From assembly GCF_964204645.1 (NCBI RefSeq), contig NC_134030.1:20730210-20794209 (forward strand): a DNA stretch of 64,000 nt, read 5' to 3'. This DNA is from Tubulanus polymorphus. Lineage: Eukaryota > Animalia > Nemertea. Under the pieces are notes generated by a model, which was given only the letters and a program-made list of their open reading frames with translations, searched no databases and had not been told where the DNA came from. Shown here piece after piece: positions 13,301-27,563 of this stretch. The position numbers were made by a program, and so were the translations under genes. Every line of letters begins with the position of its first letter. Within the stretch, counting starts at the first letter, position 1.

Positions 13301-13882
13301 CGTCAGAGATACTCGAATATCGTCGATCCATTTTCTGCAAGCCCAATTATATCTTCGAATTCTGTATCCGGGATTTGTTGCATATGTTGGATCAATTTAA
13401 GCATCATTTCAATGCTACCGCTGTCGTCATCTTCTTATTTCGGAAGTAACTTTTACGGCACAACCGGTGTTTGTCTACCTATGAATTTACTAACCATCAA
13501 TGTTCACGCCTGGCAATATTCATTCGCTATATTTGCCGTGTTTAACTCGGTCGTACTTGCTACAATAATGATGACGTATGCACAGATGTATAGACTCGTA
13601 TCTGGAAGCAGGTCCGGCTCGGGCAGAGCTGATCCTACCGAATTGATTCTGGCACGTAGGAGTTTAGTGATAAATCTGTGTAATTTATTTTGCTGGTTAC
13701 CGATAATCATCGTCCAGTTTTGTGCTGTATTTCGAGTAGAAATACCGAACCAAGTGGCGGCTTGGTTGGCGGTACTTTTCCTACCGATCAACTCGTCACT
13801 GAATCCACTTCTTTACACCATCCTCACTATCGATGTTAAATCTATTCGTGCCAGAAATAAACGGGTTTTCAGAACCCGCTGA
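7363..13882 (+). pseudogene. GRL101-like CUB-CTL-LDLa-LRR GPCR copy B; exons 7363-8550, 8865-10244, 10586-13882; premature TGA at 7900-7902
   Basis: Signal peptide MDRLRALFIASLIVWRVNIAHA. Phase-0 GT-AG introns (AGG|gtgagt...ttttgtag|ATA; AAG|gtaact...aaacag|AAT). The TGG (Trp of LEWIGIPDG in C-F) is TGA here. A sequencing error cannot be excluded. Confidence 0.85.
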
Positions 13883-14939
13883 AACAATCGTCTGTCGATA
13901 TTAACCTTGTCGAACTCTAATCAGAATATGAAAATATTTCAGATGAAATCGATAAACAAGAGGAACTAATTGCGATGTAGTTCAATGCAGCGTTTAATCT
14001 TATTTCACGTAAATTGATTGTGAATCTTTATATGATTCACTTATGTCGTTTTGTTGCATGAATAAAAATCAATTCAACATTGAACATTTCTCAGTCTATG
14101 TTATATTCAATATTTCCATAGGTCAAATATTGAAATCTTTGGGAGGCACTTGACGTTTAAATGTTTCTTACTAACTTCTGGTTAGTAGAATACAACATTA
14201 ATTATTCCAACTATTTCACTTCATAATCGTTTATTCTATGCTCTAGTTCATCTTATTGGTGCTTTTATTTACTGGCAGTGAATTGATCCGCAGCTAAATT
14301 CTATCGTCAAAAAGATGACACGATTTATATACGAAGTTTGCAAAATAACTTTCTGAAATAAAAGTTAAGTAGATTGTTGAAAAAAAAGTTAAGCACAGTA
14401 ATTATCATATTTAAATCCGTAGTTCCTTTTTATTCTTTGGTTATCGGGTTTCTGTGTTCGTGGTCGGCTTTCTCACCAGGGACGACTGGAGTTAATAATA
14501 GAGAAGAACGACAAGAGAGAAAGGGAGAGAATGCAGCATGACAATCGGCCACCGAAACTAGACTAGACTGGTCACCGCAGCCGAACAGTAACATCGTAAC
14601 CCGTTAGATATTCAAACTACCAGTTCTGCAGTCGATCGATTGATTAGCGCATAATGCTAACTCCTGGTGGTCCCGGGTTCGAGACCTGATTATGGATTAA
14701 TACAATCATTTTAGCGGTTATTTCCTTCCTTTTTGAAAGCTCCTCTTGCGTAAAATAGAACGAGAATAAAGCTGAAAATCATTGGCAATTGAAGGATTCA
14801 ATGACAGATGGTGTTGTCATTGAATAGTGTATTTGGTAATCACTCTCTACATCACTACTTTTATCAATGATTCCCGATGACTGTTATACCGGTCATAATA
14901 AAAGACATAAGTGGAATTGCGACTTTAATTCGGGATACT

Positions 14940-15464
14940 CTAGCCTTTATAGCTCTCCTCGTAGGGTGTATAATCATAGCTCTCCCCATAGCCGTCATCA
15001 TAGCTCTCCTCGTAGGGTTTATAATCATAGCTCTCTCCATAGCCGTCATCATAGCTCTCCTCGTAGGGTTTATAATCATAGCTCTCCCCATAGCCATCAT
15101 CATAGCTCTCCTCGTAGGGTTTATAATCATAGCTCTCCTCGTAGGGTTTATAATCATAGCTCTTCCCGTAGCCGTCATCATAGCTCTCCTCGTAGGGTGT
15201 ATAATCATAGCGATAATCACTGTAATATCCTGTAAGGAAAATCCGCTCTTAATAAACGTAAAATTTAAGAGAATAAAATGGTTTCCTGGCTTTTAAACAT
15301 TACTCTTGATTAATTACAATGAATCCGACTAATATGCGTTTTGCACACAGTTCGATCTTCTAGGCTCAACTTCGAGGGATTGAGAGTCTTTAAACGCGAT
15401 ACTTACCTGGAGCGGCGGCAGCCACGGCCACAAGGGCCATCACGACAAGGAAAACTAACTTCAT
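14940..15464 (-). CDS. S2: secreted acidic Tyr-rich repeat protein, 115 aa; exons 15464-15407, 15229-14940
   Basis: Signal-peptide exon, phase-1 GT-AG intron, and an open repeat exon ending YEESYKG*. Confidence 0.85.
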
Positions 15465-17476
15465 CCTGTAGACAACAAGAAACATATTCCCTACACATTT
15501 TCATTACATTTAGGCGTACACAACTAACGAATCGTACTAGCGACAAGAAACGTACGTAAGACGACAGCGGCGGATCCAGGATTTCAGGGAGGGGTGCACA
15601 AATTAGGCAGAGGGTCTGGGCGTCCTCCCCTAGAAATTTTTCAAAACAAATGCGCGGAGACGCGTTCTAGACAAGATTATAATACCACAAATTGAATAGC
15701 GATTGTACCCTAATTTCACTTCATTATTTGTGGATAACAAATCCCTAAATAGCGAGAACTTTAGGAGGGGTGCACGCGTACCCTGTGCACCCCTGGACAC
15801 GCCGCTAAATAAGAAACAACTCACGCGAATTCGATCGGGTTTTCTGTACCCTGAATTTCGTTTAAATTGAAAATAGATTTCAGATGTAACAGTACAGGAT
15901 TCCACAATGACCAACACGTACCTGATACTAACAGGGCGGCTCTTTTCCGAGATAAGACGCTGATCTGTTTTCGAGTTTGGTTTTATACGCGTTTTGCGGG
16001 ATATGAATCATTTCCACAGGTGAAGTTAATTTCTTATTTTCAAGTATTGCATAATAGATTTTTTACGTTGAATTCGATCATAAATCTGTATTGTATCACT
16101 TGCAACTGTCCTCTACCCGTAATCTATGTATGAATCGGCTAGACGATGACATAGTTCGAAGTCGCAAATTTGCATTCAATAAATATAACATTCAAATCCA
16201 CGTTAGTGCTTTAGTAAGCGTTAAAGCTAGATTATAGTGAAACGCATTGATCTTCATTACTAATGCATCCTCGCTTGCCAACCTCACTCGCAAACCATTC
16301 ATCGATCGATTGATGCCCCCAAAACATTGTGGGCGGCAACCTGTCCGCCCAGGAATTTTTGGCGTCACAGGAAAACTTGCGGCACAAAAGTTCAAGTTCA
16401 TTTATTTCATAGATAAGAACATACTATGTACATATATGCTAGAAATGTTTACAATTAGGCCTAGGGGATTGCCTGTATACAATCACTGAAGCAAATTTCA
16501 CGAATAAACTATATATAGGCCTAAACATCGTCACCCGTCAAGGGATTCGAACCCACTACGCTAAAGCTGATCCCCGAACCCCTATAGACCTCACGAGTCG
16601 TTGGAGTCGTTACTAGCCGACCAGAATCCAATCGTACCAATCACAGCGCTTGTAACAAACAACATGAGGCTTCTGTTTGTTTTCCCGTTCGGTTTTTCCG
16701 TTCCACTCAGACGCGAGGAATAAGTAACACCAACTATTCTAAGAAGTTGGAACGAAATTTAGTGATCGAACCAAAAATCAAGAAAAACAAGTCGTTTCGG
16801 GCGCGCTGAATATATTAGATCAGTTCTTACGCGATTCGTAAAGAAACGTCTTGATTACATCCTGAGACACTGTCACGTTCCGCCTCACAGAGATTCGAAC
16901 CTGATGACATCGAGAGACTTTGCTGCGTTCCGCCCTCACATGGTTTCGATCCTGATTGCATCGTGAGACTTGGTCAAGTCCCTCCATCGCAGGAATTCGA
17001 ACCTTATAACATCGAGGGTTCTGCGAGGTTCCTCTCCCGCAGGGATTCCATAGTGTCTCCATTATGAAGTTTCATAGTTGTGTGGGTTTGATCTGACGCT
17101 TGACCCAGTTCCACAGTTGTGTTCAATTATTTCGATATTCAAATAGTAATGAATTATGTTCTATTTCCATCATAAACATTTCTACTGAACTGAACGCGTT
17201 ATGTAAATATTCAGCAGTTGAAAATTAAAATTTATCGCAGTGAAATCGACGTTTAGATGTTTTACAAACGTCGGTAATTACTGGAAAATCGACTCGGATG
17301 AATAAAAATTGTAACTGCACGAAAAATCCAAACATTTCAGAAATAATTGCAGCAGCCACGAAAAATATCTATTTCAAAGAATTCGCTGCGAATTTTCTGA
17401 TTGGACGAACTGTAATTTGTGTCGATTTCGTAAAGCTATGCAAGTTTTGATTATTCAGTTGAGATTGTTGTTCGGT

Positions 17477-20400
17477 ATGGATCGACTGAGAGCGCTGTTT
17501 ATAGCGTCGCTGATCGTCTGGCGAGTTAACATCGCACACGCTGATCTGTCTGACTCCGTGACGGTCAGTTCGTCTTGTAACAACACTTGGTACCCCGTCG
17601 ATTCTACGTCCGGTTACATCGTTTCACCGAATTATCCGTCATTAACGCGCGGTGTTGAATGTCGTTGGTTCGTCAACAGCTCTTTACCGTCAGGAACTTT
17701 CAGCATCAAACTATACTACGACATCGAGCCGTCGATATTCTGTAGTGATAACTACCTTCTCGTCGGTGAGTCCGATAACAGATTCTGCGGTGAAGGAAAA
17801 CACGAAATCCGCCGTAACGATTCGATCTCGTTGATGTTTAGTAGTAACGTCGATGGTGCGCGGGGTAGTCGGGTTTATATCATATATCGTTATGAACGAA
17901 ACAATTTGAAGTTAACTCATAACTGCATAAAAACCACACCACCAATAAACATATTACAAACTTCGAAAGGATACAAATTCGCAATAAATTCAAATCGATG
18001 CATATTATATTTGGAATGGATCGGGATCCCGGATGGTTTTGCTATGAATTTGACGTTTATACAGATCGATTTCAGATTATCTCCTGGCGCTGATTCAGTG
18101 ACAACTGTTCAAATTTACGACGGATGGAACACCAGTGAACATACAGCTGTTATACCAGAACAAACCGGACATCCACCTTCATCATTTTATACTAAAACTA
18201 ACGAAGCCATTATCAGTTTGCCACAAAACAAACCCATCAACTCACAACTATCAGTTCAGGTGTATAGAATATCTGATTGGAACGTCTCTAATCCGTTAAT
18301 TCAATTCTCTAATAACGAGTCTGGAGTGCTCATTCCTGATGACAACAGTTTACACGTAATAACTCGATCAAAACACTTACACTGCTGGTCTATCACAGTG
18401 CAGGTGTTACAGTACGTCATCTTCAACTGGACACGTGATCTCAGCACATCCGGTGACGTCATTGGTGTATATAAACTAGAAGGGTTACGCGTTGTAGGAA
18501 CTAATATTTTACTCGGTTACAACTACCTGGAATCATTGAGTGTTAAAACTGACGGCTTTCTCGTCATATTGTGCGTTTTAATAAGACCAGGTGTTTTACA
18601 ATCGAATGTGAAAATCGATTTTGACGTGAAATCTATTTCTATGGGAGACATACTAGTGCACAAACCCAGGGTGAGTAAAAAATGAAACGTAATTGAAATA
18701 TCAATTGTGAGTAAAAATTATTAGATGAAATTAATTGAACCACAGACTGAAATGTAATAAGAAATGTGGAACATGGGAATTTTAAATGCCAAAAATGATT
18801 TTAAAAAATACTTTTATTGCAAAATTAAAAATTTGACAAGAAAAAAATGGTTGTTACGGTTTTGAATATGAATATAAGATGTTGAGTGTAAGATTTATTT
18901 CAACAACATATTCTATATTTCTAGAAAAAAATTCTTTTAATGATGATTTATTTTGTAGATACCTGGCTACAGTTACAGTTTACCTTCTCAATTTCTGTTC
19001 CCGACGACAAAGAAGACAATATTATCGTATCGTATAAATACATTAGAATTTAAACGGAAAGTTGATATCTATGAGGATGGATTGAAACTAACAGTTTTAT
19101 CAGAGACGTGCGAGAGAGCTGGATTTTATATATATGATGGTGGTAATTTTACAGCTAGACGCTATGGTCCGTATTGTCCCGGTCATAAATACGGTCGATC
19201 TGTCGTCAGTCTGATTACATCAGGAGGACCGGTTACTGTAGTAGGATACGCTTATGACTGGGATGATTGGGTCCCAGTAGTAGGAGTAGGAGTCAATCGA
19301 ATCCATTCATTAACTGGAGGTTCTCTCAGATTTATCCCTTCTGATTGTGACGGGTATGTTCTACAGGAAGGAGAAAATCAGATTAATATGACGTCACACT
19401 GTCTGGTGATTACACCTGAAAACCGGCGCCTTCCTTTAGAAAACATTTATATATTATCAGAATATGAATATAAAATTGACGCATGTTTTCCTGCGCGATA
19501 CTCGAGAACTTGTGACAGGCAAATGAGTTTATCAAATCAGTTTCTCAATAACAGTTTCGTATTAAACACTTTGAAATTGTTCTACAAATATCAATTCTGG
19601 AATTATGATTCAATAGTTAAACTACGTCGTAAATGTCAAGGAGCGAAAAAACCTACACAATTTCTCAGTTCTTCATATTTCCCGGATAGGGATGAATGTG
19701 GAATCTTACAATCACCGAACTATCCGGGATCGGCGGGATATGCATTGAAATCTTCTTATTATAACTTCGAAAATCCGAGAGAAAATAATGAATTTCAATA
19801 TTACAGATTCATAATCAGATTTATTCAGACTTTAACGTGCAGTGAAATAACTGGATCAGATGAATATCCAGTTTTTTTCAAGCAACAGATACATGACCTT
19901 TACGATAATGGATTAGTTGTTTTAGGGAGCAACACCCAACATCAAACTAAAATATGTGGAACTATGGCTAAACGTGGAAGTGTATTTTTTAGTTTAAGAG
20001 ACAATGATTTGTATTTTGAGATAAAAAATCGCGTTCCCACATTTCAAATACAATACAATTTAGAAAATTTGTTACCAATAAAACAGTTTGATGAAATCGG
20101 CTGTAAATCAGGATTTCTAGATTCGGGAATTTCCTGCATCAAATACATCAGAGATGAACGTATGAATTGGGAGAACGCTGAAATGTATTGTCAACAGAAA
20201 TACGGAGGACATCTTCTCAGTATCAACTCACAAGATGAAATGAATTCTGTCAAAAGATTATTCGCCACGAAACTGCTTAGAAAGGGATATACCCAGGAGG
20301 CGCTTATAATGATGATCGGGCTCAAATTCAAGGTAACTTCCACTCGACAAATGATTGAGAAAAATTTGAACCCTAAGAGATTCCAAATTGATGTGTCATT

Positions 20401-23400
20401 TTATGGCATTAAAATATTTAATTATATATCACTTCTATATAGGACTTATGATAATTTTCAAGGTAACGGTGAAAAATTTAAAAATTCAAGAGTTCTTTCT
20501 TTTCGGCCGAATATTGAAAAAGATCAATTTGGTATCCAGACACTTAACACTCTTACAAGTCAAATATCTTTTAAATTATACGGAATAACTTCAATAAATT
20601 AATTATGAAAATGGAAAATGCATTTTTACAGTCGATGAATGAATATGAATTAAATTTTAAACAGAATGATGGTTATTACACGTGGACTGATGGCAAACCG
20701 TTGAGCTACACAGAGTGGTTTAAACCTACTATAGTAAACGAAACGATACCAGAAGTTATTCAAGGATTGATATCTCCTCTACGAAAACAACCGATAAATG
20801 ACGTCAATATGGCATGTACGGCGATGATACTGAATAATCCACGAGGATCAGCGAACTGGGTTCGATTCCCGTGTCAAATAGAGGAGACTCGAACAACTTT
20901 CATTTGTGAATCGGATTTAATTGACGTCGATTCAGAACGCGTGGATAATTCGACACTTAAAAATCAAAATACAACCAGCATCATAGAAATAACTGATACT
21001 CATAACGATATCGTATTTCTAACAGGAAACAAAAATGATCTAAATTCCAATACATATAACTCGACTTGTAAAAAAGGCTGGCAAAATGTAGACGGCAAAT
21101 GTTGCCAGATTCTCACCGATTGGAACAGCAATCGAGGTTTGAATATTCTAAGTGCTACGCAATTGTGTCGTGACCTTCACGCTGAAATAGGTATTGTAAC
21201 TTTCCACGTGGAAAATGATATAAAAGCATTAATTGACGAGTTTAGTTTTAAACATCAATATGGCGCTGTGCTGACTATGGGTGCGAGGAAATTGTTTCAT
21301 GTGATCGAACCAGTTTTGACACGGGATGAAATCACTTTTATCGAGTCGTTGAACTGGTCGATGAAACCATGGAATAATCAGACAAACAACGTTCATTCCG
21401 TGCTATGTTCCTATAATGTTACTGGTGAAGAGTTGGCTTCTATAAGCGGTTGTAAATCGTGGCAGTTTAAATGTAACGATCAACGATGTATCAGCGACCA
21501 TCGCGTATGTGATACCAGAAACGACTGTCAACACGGTGAAGATGAACTCGATTGTTCGGGTTCAAACTTACTAAGTCAGTTCCACTGTTCAGATGGACGA
21601 GTTATATCAATAAGTGGATTCTGTGATTTTATTAGGGATTGTTTGGATGGTTCTGATGAGAACTCGTGTTTACATCCCCAGTGTTTGCTCCAACAATTCC
21701 GCTGTACTAGTGGTCAATGTGTCGATAGATCGTACCGATGTGATGGAATCGTTAACTGTAAGGACGGCTCCGACGAACGAGCGTGCGGTTCGCAACTTTG
21801 CAACGGGTTTCTGTGTAACAACGGTGAATGTATCAGTTCTCTATTGTATCGGGATGGTGTTGTAGATTGTAGCGGAAGCCTCGAAGAAGATGAACTTTTA
21901 ACATCGAATGTGAATCCTACAGTTCACTGCAATAATGATAACTACTGCACGACTAATTTCACAAATCTTTGTACAGAATCTGATGAACAAAGATGTTCTT
22001 TCGATTCTCCTCATTGTTATTCTAGACGTCATAGATGTATTTTAGAAAGGATGCCGATTGGTTACCCGGTATGTAGAAGGCTCGAACATATACGAGGTTG
22101 TACTGATTTCAAATGTCCAGCTGGTACTGTAAAATGTCCAGCATCTTACTGTATACCGATGGGACAGGTGTGCAATGGTCGATCAGATTGTCCTAATTTA
22201 GAAGACGAGCGAAACTGTGAGACTTTATCATGTCCCGGCATGTTCAAATGTGGTCAGGAAAACCGATGTATACCTCAATCTGAGGTTTGCGATGGTGTCA
22301 CAAATTGTAAACATACCCCTGATGACGAGTCTTACTGTGACGTCACGTGTCCTGAGTATTGTAAATGTCAAGGTCATTTAATTGATTGCGATGATGCTGG
22401 TTTAGTAGAAATTACTGATCTTTTCTCGGCATCAACTCGAGTTCTGATTTTATCAGAAAATCGAGTTGTATTCAATGAGTCCACGTTTTCTTCTTACCTC
22501 TATCTACATTTCCTCAATATTTCACGTAACAATTTGTCTTATATTGTTCCAAACTCGTTCTCAAACCTGCATAATCTACATACATTAGATCTTACATATA
22601 ATCGCATAATATCATTGTCCGCGAATACATTCGCCGGTTTGTATAGTGTGAAAATACTTCTGATCTTTGGAAATCCAGTAAGATATTTAGAAGAAGGCAG
22701 TTTTCAAGGTTTAAAGTCATTAAGCGATCTCGATCTTCACGGACTTTCCTTGTCGCTCCTCGGTGGAAATGTGTTCAGTGGTTTATCAGCTTTAGAGTCG
22801 TTAAATATCAGCAGTAACGTGATCAAATATATTTCACCAAATGCGTTCGCCGGATTAACAAAGCTAAGAAATCTGGATCTAGCCGAAAATTCTGAAGTCA
22901 TATCCGTACAAAGAAACGTTTTTGACAGTCTTACATTATTGAGTTCTTTGGCTTCTGACGCGTACAAATTTTGTTGCATGGTTACGAATGTTGACCAGTG
23001 TCTCCCGGAAGCCGACCAATTTTCATCTTGTTCCGACCTGATGGGTAACACTGTTCTTAGAGCAATCATTTGGGCGATCGCTTCATTCAGCTTTTTTGCA
23101 AACATCACCGTAATTTCACTTCGCGTTCAAGCGTTACGCATTCCATCCTCTGAATCACGTAACATATCCTCTGATATCCTAATCATTAATATTGCCTCCT
23201 GTGATTTTCTGATGTCGATTTATCTGTTTCTGATCGCAGGAGCCGATTACGTCTATAAAGGTGATTATTTCCTAAATTCTGAAAGTTGGACAGATAGTTC
23301 ATTGTGTCGACTCGCTGGGATTATAGTGACTCTTTCTTGCGAGGGATCTTTGATTTTTCTCCTCATTCTTACCCGTCAAAGATACTCGAATATCGTCGAT

Positions 23401-23955
23401 CCATTTTCTGCAAGCCCAATTATATCTTCGAATTCTGTATCCGGGATTTGTTGCATATGTTGGATCAATTTAAGCATCGTTTCAATGCTGCCGCTATCGT
23501 CATCTTCTTATTTCGGAAACAACTTTTACGGCACGACTGGGGTTTGTCTACCTATGAATTTATTATCCATCAATGTCCACGCCTGGCAATATTCATTCGC
23601 TATATTTGCCGTTTTTAACTCGGTCGTTCTTGGTACAATAATGATGACGTATGCACAGATGTATAGACTCGTATCTGGAAGCAGGTCCGGCTCGGGTAGA
23701 GCTGATCCTACCGAATTGGTTCTGGCGCGTAGGAGTTTAGTGATAAATCTGTGTAATTTATTTTGCTGGTTACCGATAATTATCGTCCAGTTTTGCGCAG
23801 CATTCCGAGTAGAAATACCGAACCAAGTGGCGGCTTGGTTGGCGGTACTTTTCCTACCGATCAACTCGTCACTGAATCCACTTCTTTACACCATCCTCAC
23901 TATTGATGTTAAATCTATTCGGGCCAGAAATAAACGCGTTTTGAGAACCCGCTGA
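17477..23955 (+). CDS. GRL101-like CUB-CTL-LDLa-LRR GPCR copy C, intact, ~1952 aa; exons 17477-18670, 18959-20332, 20665-23955
   Basis: All three exon lengths are multiples of 3, with canonical splice sites and an open frame. CUB motifs (GYIVSPNYPS, RFCG, IYDG, ECGILQSPNYPG), CTL (WENAEMYC..GGHLLSI), LDLa, LRR, 7TM. Confidence 0.92.
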
Positions 23956-25005
23956 AACATTCGTCAGTCGATATTAACCTTGTCGAACTCTAATCAGAAT
24001 ATGAGAACATATCAGATGAAATCGATAAACATGGAGGAACTAATTGCGATGTAGTTCAATGGAGCGTTTAATCTTATTTCACGTAAATTGATTGTAAATC
24101 TTTATATGATTCACTTATGTCGTTTTGTTGCATGAATAAAAATCAATTCAACATTGAACATTTCTCTGTCTACGTTATATTCAATATTTCCATAGGTCAA
24201 ATATTGAAATCTTTGGGAGGCACTTGACGTTTAAATGTTTCTTATTAACTTATGGTTAGTAGAATACAACATTAATTATTCCAACTATTTCACTTCATAA
24301 TCGTTTATTCTATGCTCTAGTTCATCTTATGGTTGCTTTTATTTACTGGCAGTGAATTGATCCGCAGCTAAATTCTATCGTCAAAAAGATGACACGATTT
24401 ATATACGAAGTTTACAAAATAACTGAAATAAAAGTTAAGTAGATTGTTGAAAAAAAAGTTAAGTACGGTATTATCATATTTAAGAGTTCCTTTTTATTCT
24501 TTGGTTATCGGGTTTCTGTGTTCGTGGTCGGCTTTCTCGCCAGGAACGACTGGAGTTTATAATAGAGAAGAACGACAAGAGAGAAAGGGAGAGAATGGAT
24601 CATGACAATCGGCAACCGAAACTAGACTAGACTGGTCACCGCAGCCAAACAGTAACCTCGTAAACCCGTTATATATTCAAACTACCAGTTCTGCAGTCGA
24701 TCGATTGATTAGCGCATAATGCTAACTCCTGGTGGTCCCAGGTTCGAGACCTCATTATGGGTTAATTCAATCATTTAAGCGGTTATTTCCCTCCTTTTTG
24801 GAAGCTCCTCTTGCGAAAAAAAGAACGAGAATAAAGCTGAAAATCATTGGCAATTGAAGGATTCAATGACAGATGGTGTTGTCATTGAATAGTGTATTTG
24901 GTAATCACTCTCTACATCTCTACTTTTATCAATGATCCCCGATGACTGTTATACCGGTCATAAGAAAAGACTTAAGGTGGAATTGCGACTTTAATTCGGG
25001 ATACT

Positions 25006-25554
25006 CTAGCCTTTATAGCTCTCCTCGTAGGGTTTATAATCATAGCTCTCCCCATAGCCATCATCATAGCTCTCCTCGTAGGGTTTATAATCATAGCTCT
25101 CCCCATAGCCGTCATCATAGCTCTCCTCGTAGGGTTTATAATCATAGCTCTCTCCATAGCCGTCATCATAGCTCTCCTCGTAGGGTGTATAATCATAGCT
25201 CTCCCCATAGCCATCATCATAGCTCTCCTCGTAGGGTTTATAATCATAGCTCTCCCCGTAGCCATCATCATAGCTCTCCTCGTAGGGTGTATAATCGTAG
25301 CGATAATCACTATAATATCCTGTAAGGAAAATCCGTTCTTAATAAACGTATGATTTAAGAGAATAAAATGGTTTCCTGGCTTTTAAACATTACTCTTGAT
25401 TAATTATAAAGAGTTCGACTAATACGCGTTTTGCACAAAGTTCGGTCTTCTAGGCTCACCTTCGAGGGATTGAAAGTCTTCAAACGCGATACTTACCTGG
25501 AGCGGAGGCAGCCACGGCCACGAGGGCCATCACGACAAGGAAAACTAACTTCAT
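25006..25554 (-). CDS. S3: secreted acidic Tyr-rich repeat protein, 123 aa; exons 25554-25497, 25319-25006
   Basis: As S2. The conserved 5' motif is altered in this copy (26033-26050). Confidence 0.83.
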
Positions 25555-27563
25555 CCTGTAGACAACAAGAAACAGATTCCCTACACATTTTCATTACATT
25601 TAGGCGTACACAACTAACGAATCGTACTAGCGACAAGAAACGTACGTAAGACGACAGCGGCGGATCCAGGATTTCAGGGAGGGGTGCACAAATTAGGCAG
25701 AGGGTCTGAGCGTCCTCCCCTAGAAATTTTTCAAAAACAAATGCGCGGAGACGCGTTCTAGACACGATTATAATACCGCAAATTGAATAGCGATTGTACC
25801 CTAATTTCACTTCATTATTTGTGGATAACAAATCCCTAAATAGCGAGAACTTTAGGAGGGGTGCACGCGTACCCTGTGCACCCCTGGACATGCCGCTAAA
25901 TAAGAAACAACTCACGCAAATTCGATCGGGTATTCCGTACCCTGAATTTCGTTTAAATTGAAAATAGATTTCAGATGTAACAGTACAGGATTCCACAATG
26001 ACCAACACGTACCTGATACTAACAGGGCGGCTCTTTTCCGAAGTAAGACGCTGAACTGTTTTCGAGTTTGGTTTTATACGCGTTTTGCGGGATATGAATC
26101 ATTTCCACAGGTGAAGTTAATTTCTTATTTTCAAGTATTGCATAATAGATTTTTTACGTTGAATTCGATCATAAATCTGTATTGTATCACTTGCAACTGT
26201 CCTCTACCCGTAATCTATGTATGAATCGGCTAGACGATGACATAGTTCGAAGTCGCAAATTTGCATTCAATAAATATAACATTCATATCCACGTTAGTGC
26301 TTTAGTAAGCGTTAAAGCTAGATTATAGTGAAACGCATTGATCTTCAATACTAATGCATCCTCGCTTGCCAACCTCACTCGCAAACCATTCATCGATCGA
26401 TTGATGCCCCCAAACCATTTTTGGCGGCAACCTGTCCGCCCAGGAATTTTTGGCGTTACAGGAAAACTTGCGGCACAAAAGTTCAAGTTCATTTATTTCA
26501 TAGAAAAGAACATACTATGTACATATATGCTACAATGTTTACAATTAGGCCTAGGGGATTGCCTGTATACAATCACTGAAGCAAATTTCACGAATAAACT
26601 ATATATAGGCCTAAACATCGTCAGCCGTCAAGGGATTCGAACACACTACGCTAAAGCTGATTCCCGAACCCCTATAGACCTCACGAGTCGTTGGAGTCGT
26701 TACTAGCCGACCAGAATCCGGTCGTACCAATCACAGCGCTTGTAACAAACAACATGAGGCTTCTGTTGGTTTTTCCGTTCCGTTTTTCCGTTCCACTCAG
26801 ACGCGAGGAATAAGTAACACCAACTATTCTAAGAGGTTAGAACGAAATTTAGTGATCGAACCAAAATTCAAGAAAAACAAGTCGTTTCGGGCGCGCTGTA
26901 TATATAAAATCGGTTCTAACGCGATTCGTAAAGAAACGTCGTGATTACATCCTGAGACACAGTCACGTTCCGCCTCACAGGGATTCGAACCTGATGACAT
27001 CGAGAGACTTTTCTGCGTTCCGCCCTCACATGGTTTCGATCCTGATTACATCGTGAGACTTGGTCAAGTTCCGCCCTCGCAGGAATTCGAACCTGATGAC
27101 ATCGAGAGCTCTGCGAGGTTCCTCCCTCGCAGGGATTCCATAGTTTCTCCATTGTGAAGTTCCACAGTTGTGTGGGTTTGATCTGACTCTTGACCCAGTT
27201 CCACAGTTGTGTTCAATAATTTCGATTTTCAAATAGTAATGAATTCAGTTTTCTTTCCATCACAAATATTTCTACTGAACTAAACGCGTTATGTAAATAT
27301 CCAGCAGTTGAAAATGAAAATTTTATCGCAGCGAAATCGACGTGTATATGTTTAACAAACGTCGGTAATTACTGGAAAATCGACTCGGATGAATAAAAAT
27401 CTTGCGAAAATTTGAATTTTATATCAGAAATAATTGCAGCAGGAACGAAAAATATCTATTTCAAAGAATTCGCTGCAAATTTTCTGATTGGAAGAACTGT
27501 AATTTGTGTCGATTTCGTAAAGCTATGCAAGTTTTGATTATTCAGTAGAGATTGTTGTTCGGT

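Noticed and set aside
7351-13882. Three or four separate genes per unit (operon-like ORF series) and N-termini such as MKIEKPF, MQSMNEY, MKLTVLS
   Set aside because: They are exons of one gene. The ORF ends and starts extend into introns beyond conserved GT/AG sites.
14940-15229. S proteins as multi-copy neuropeptide precursors
   Set aside because: No KR/RR sites between repeats, and internal Lys is mostly followed by Pro.
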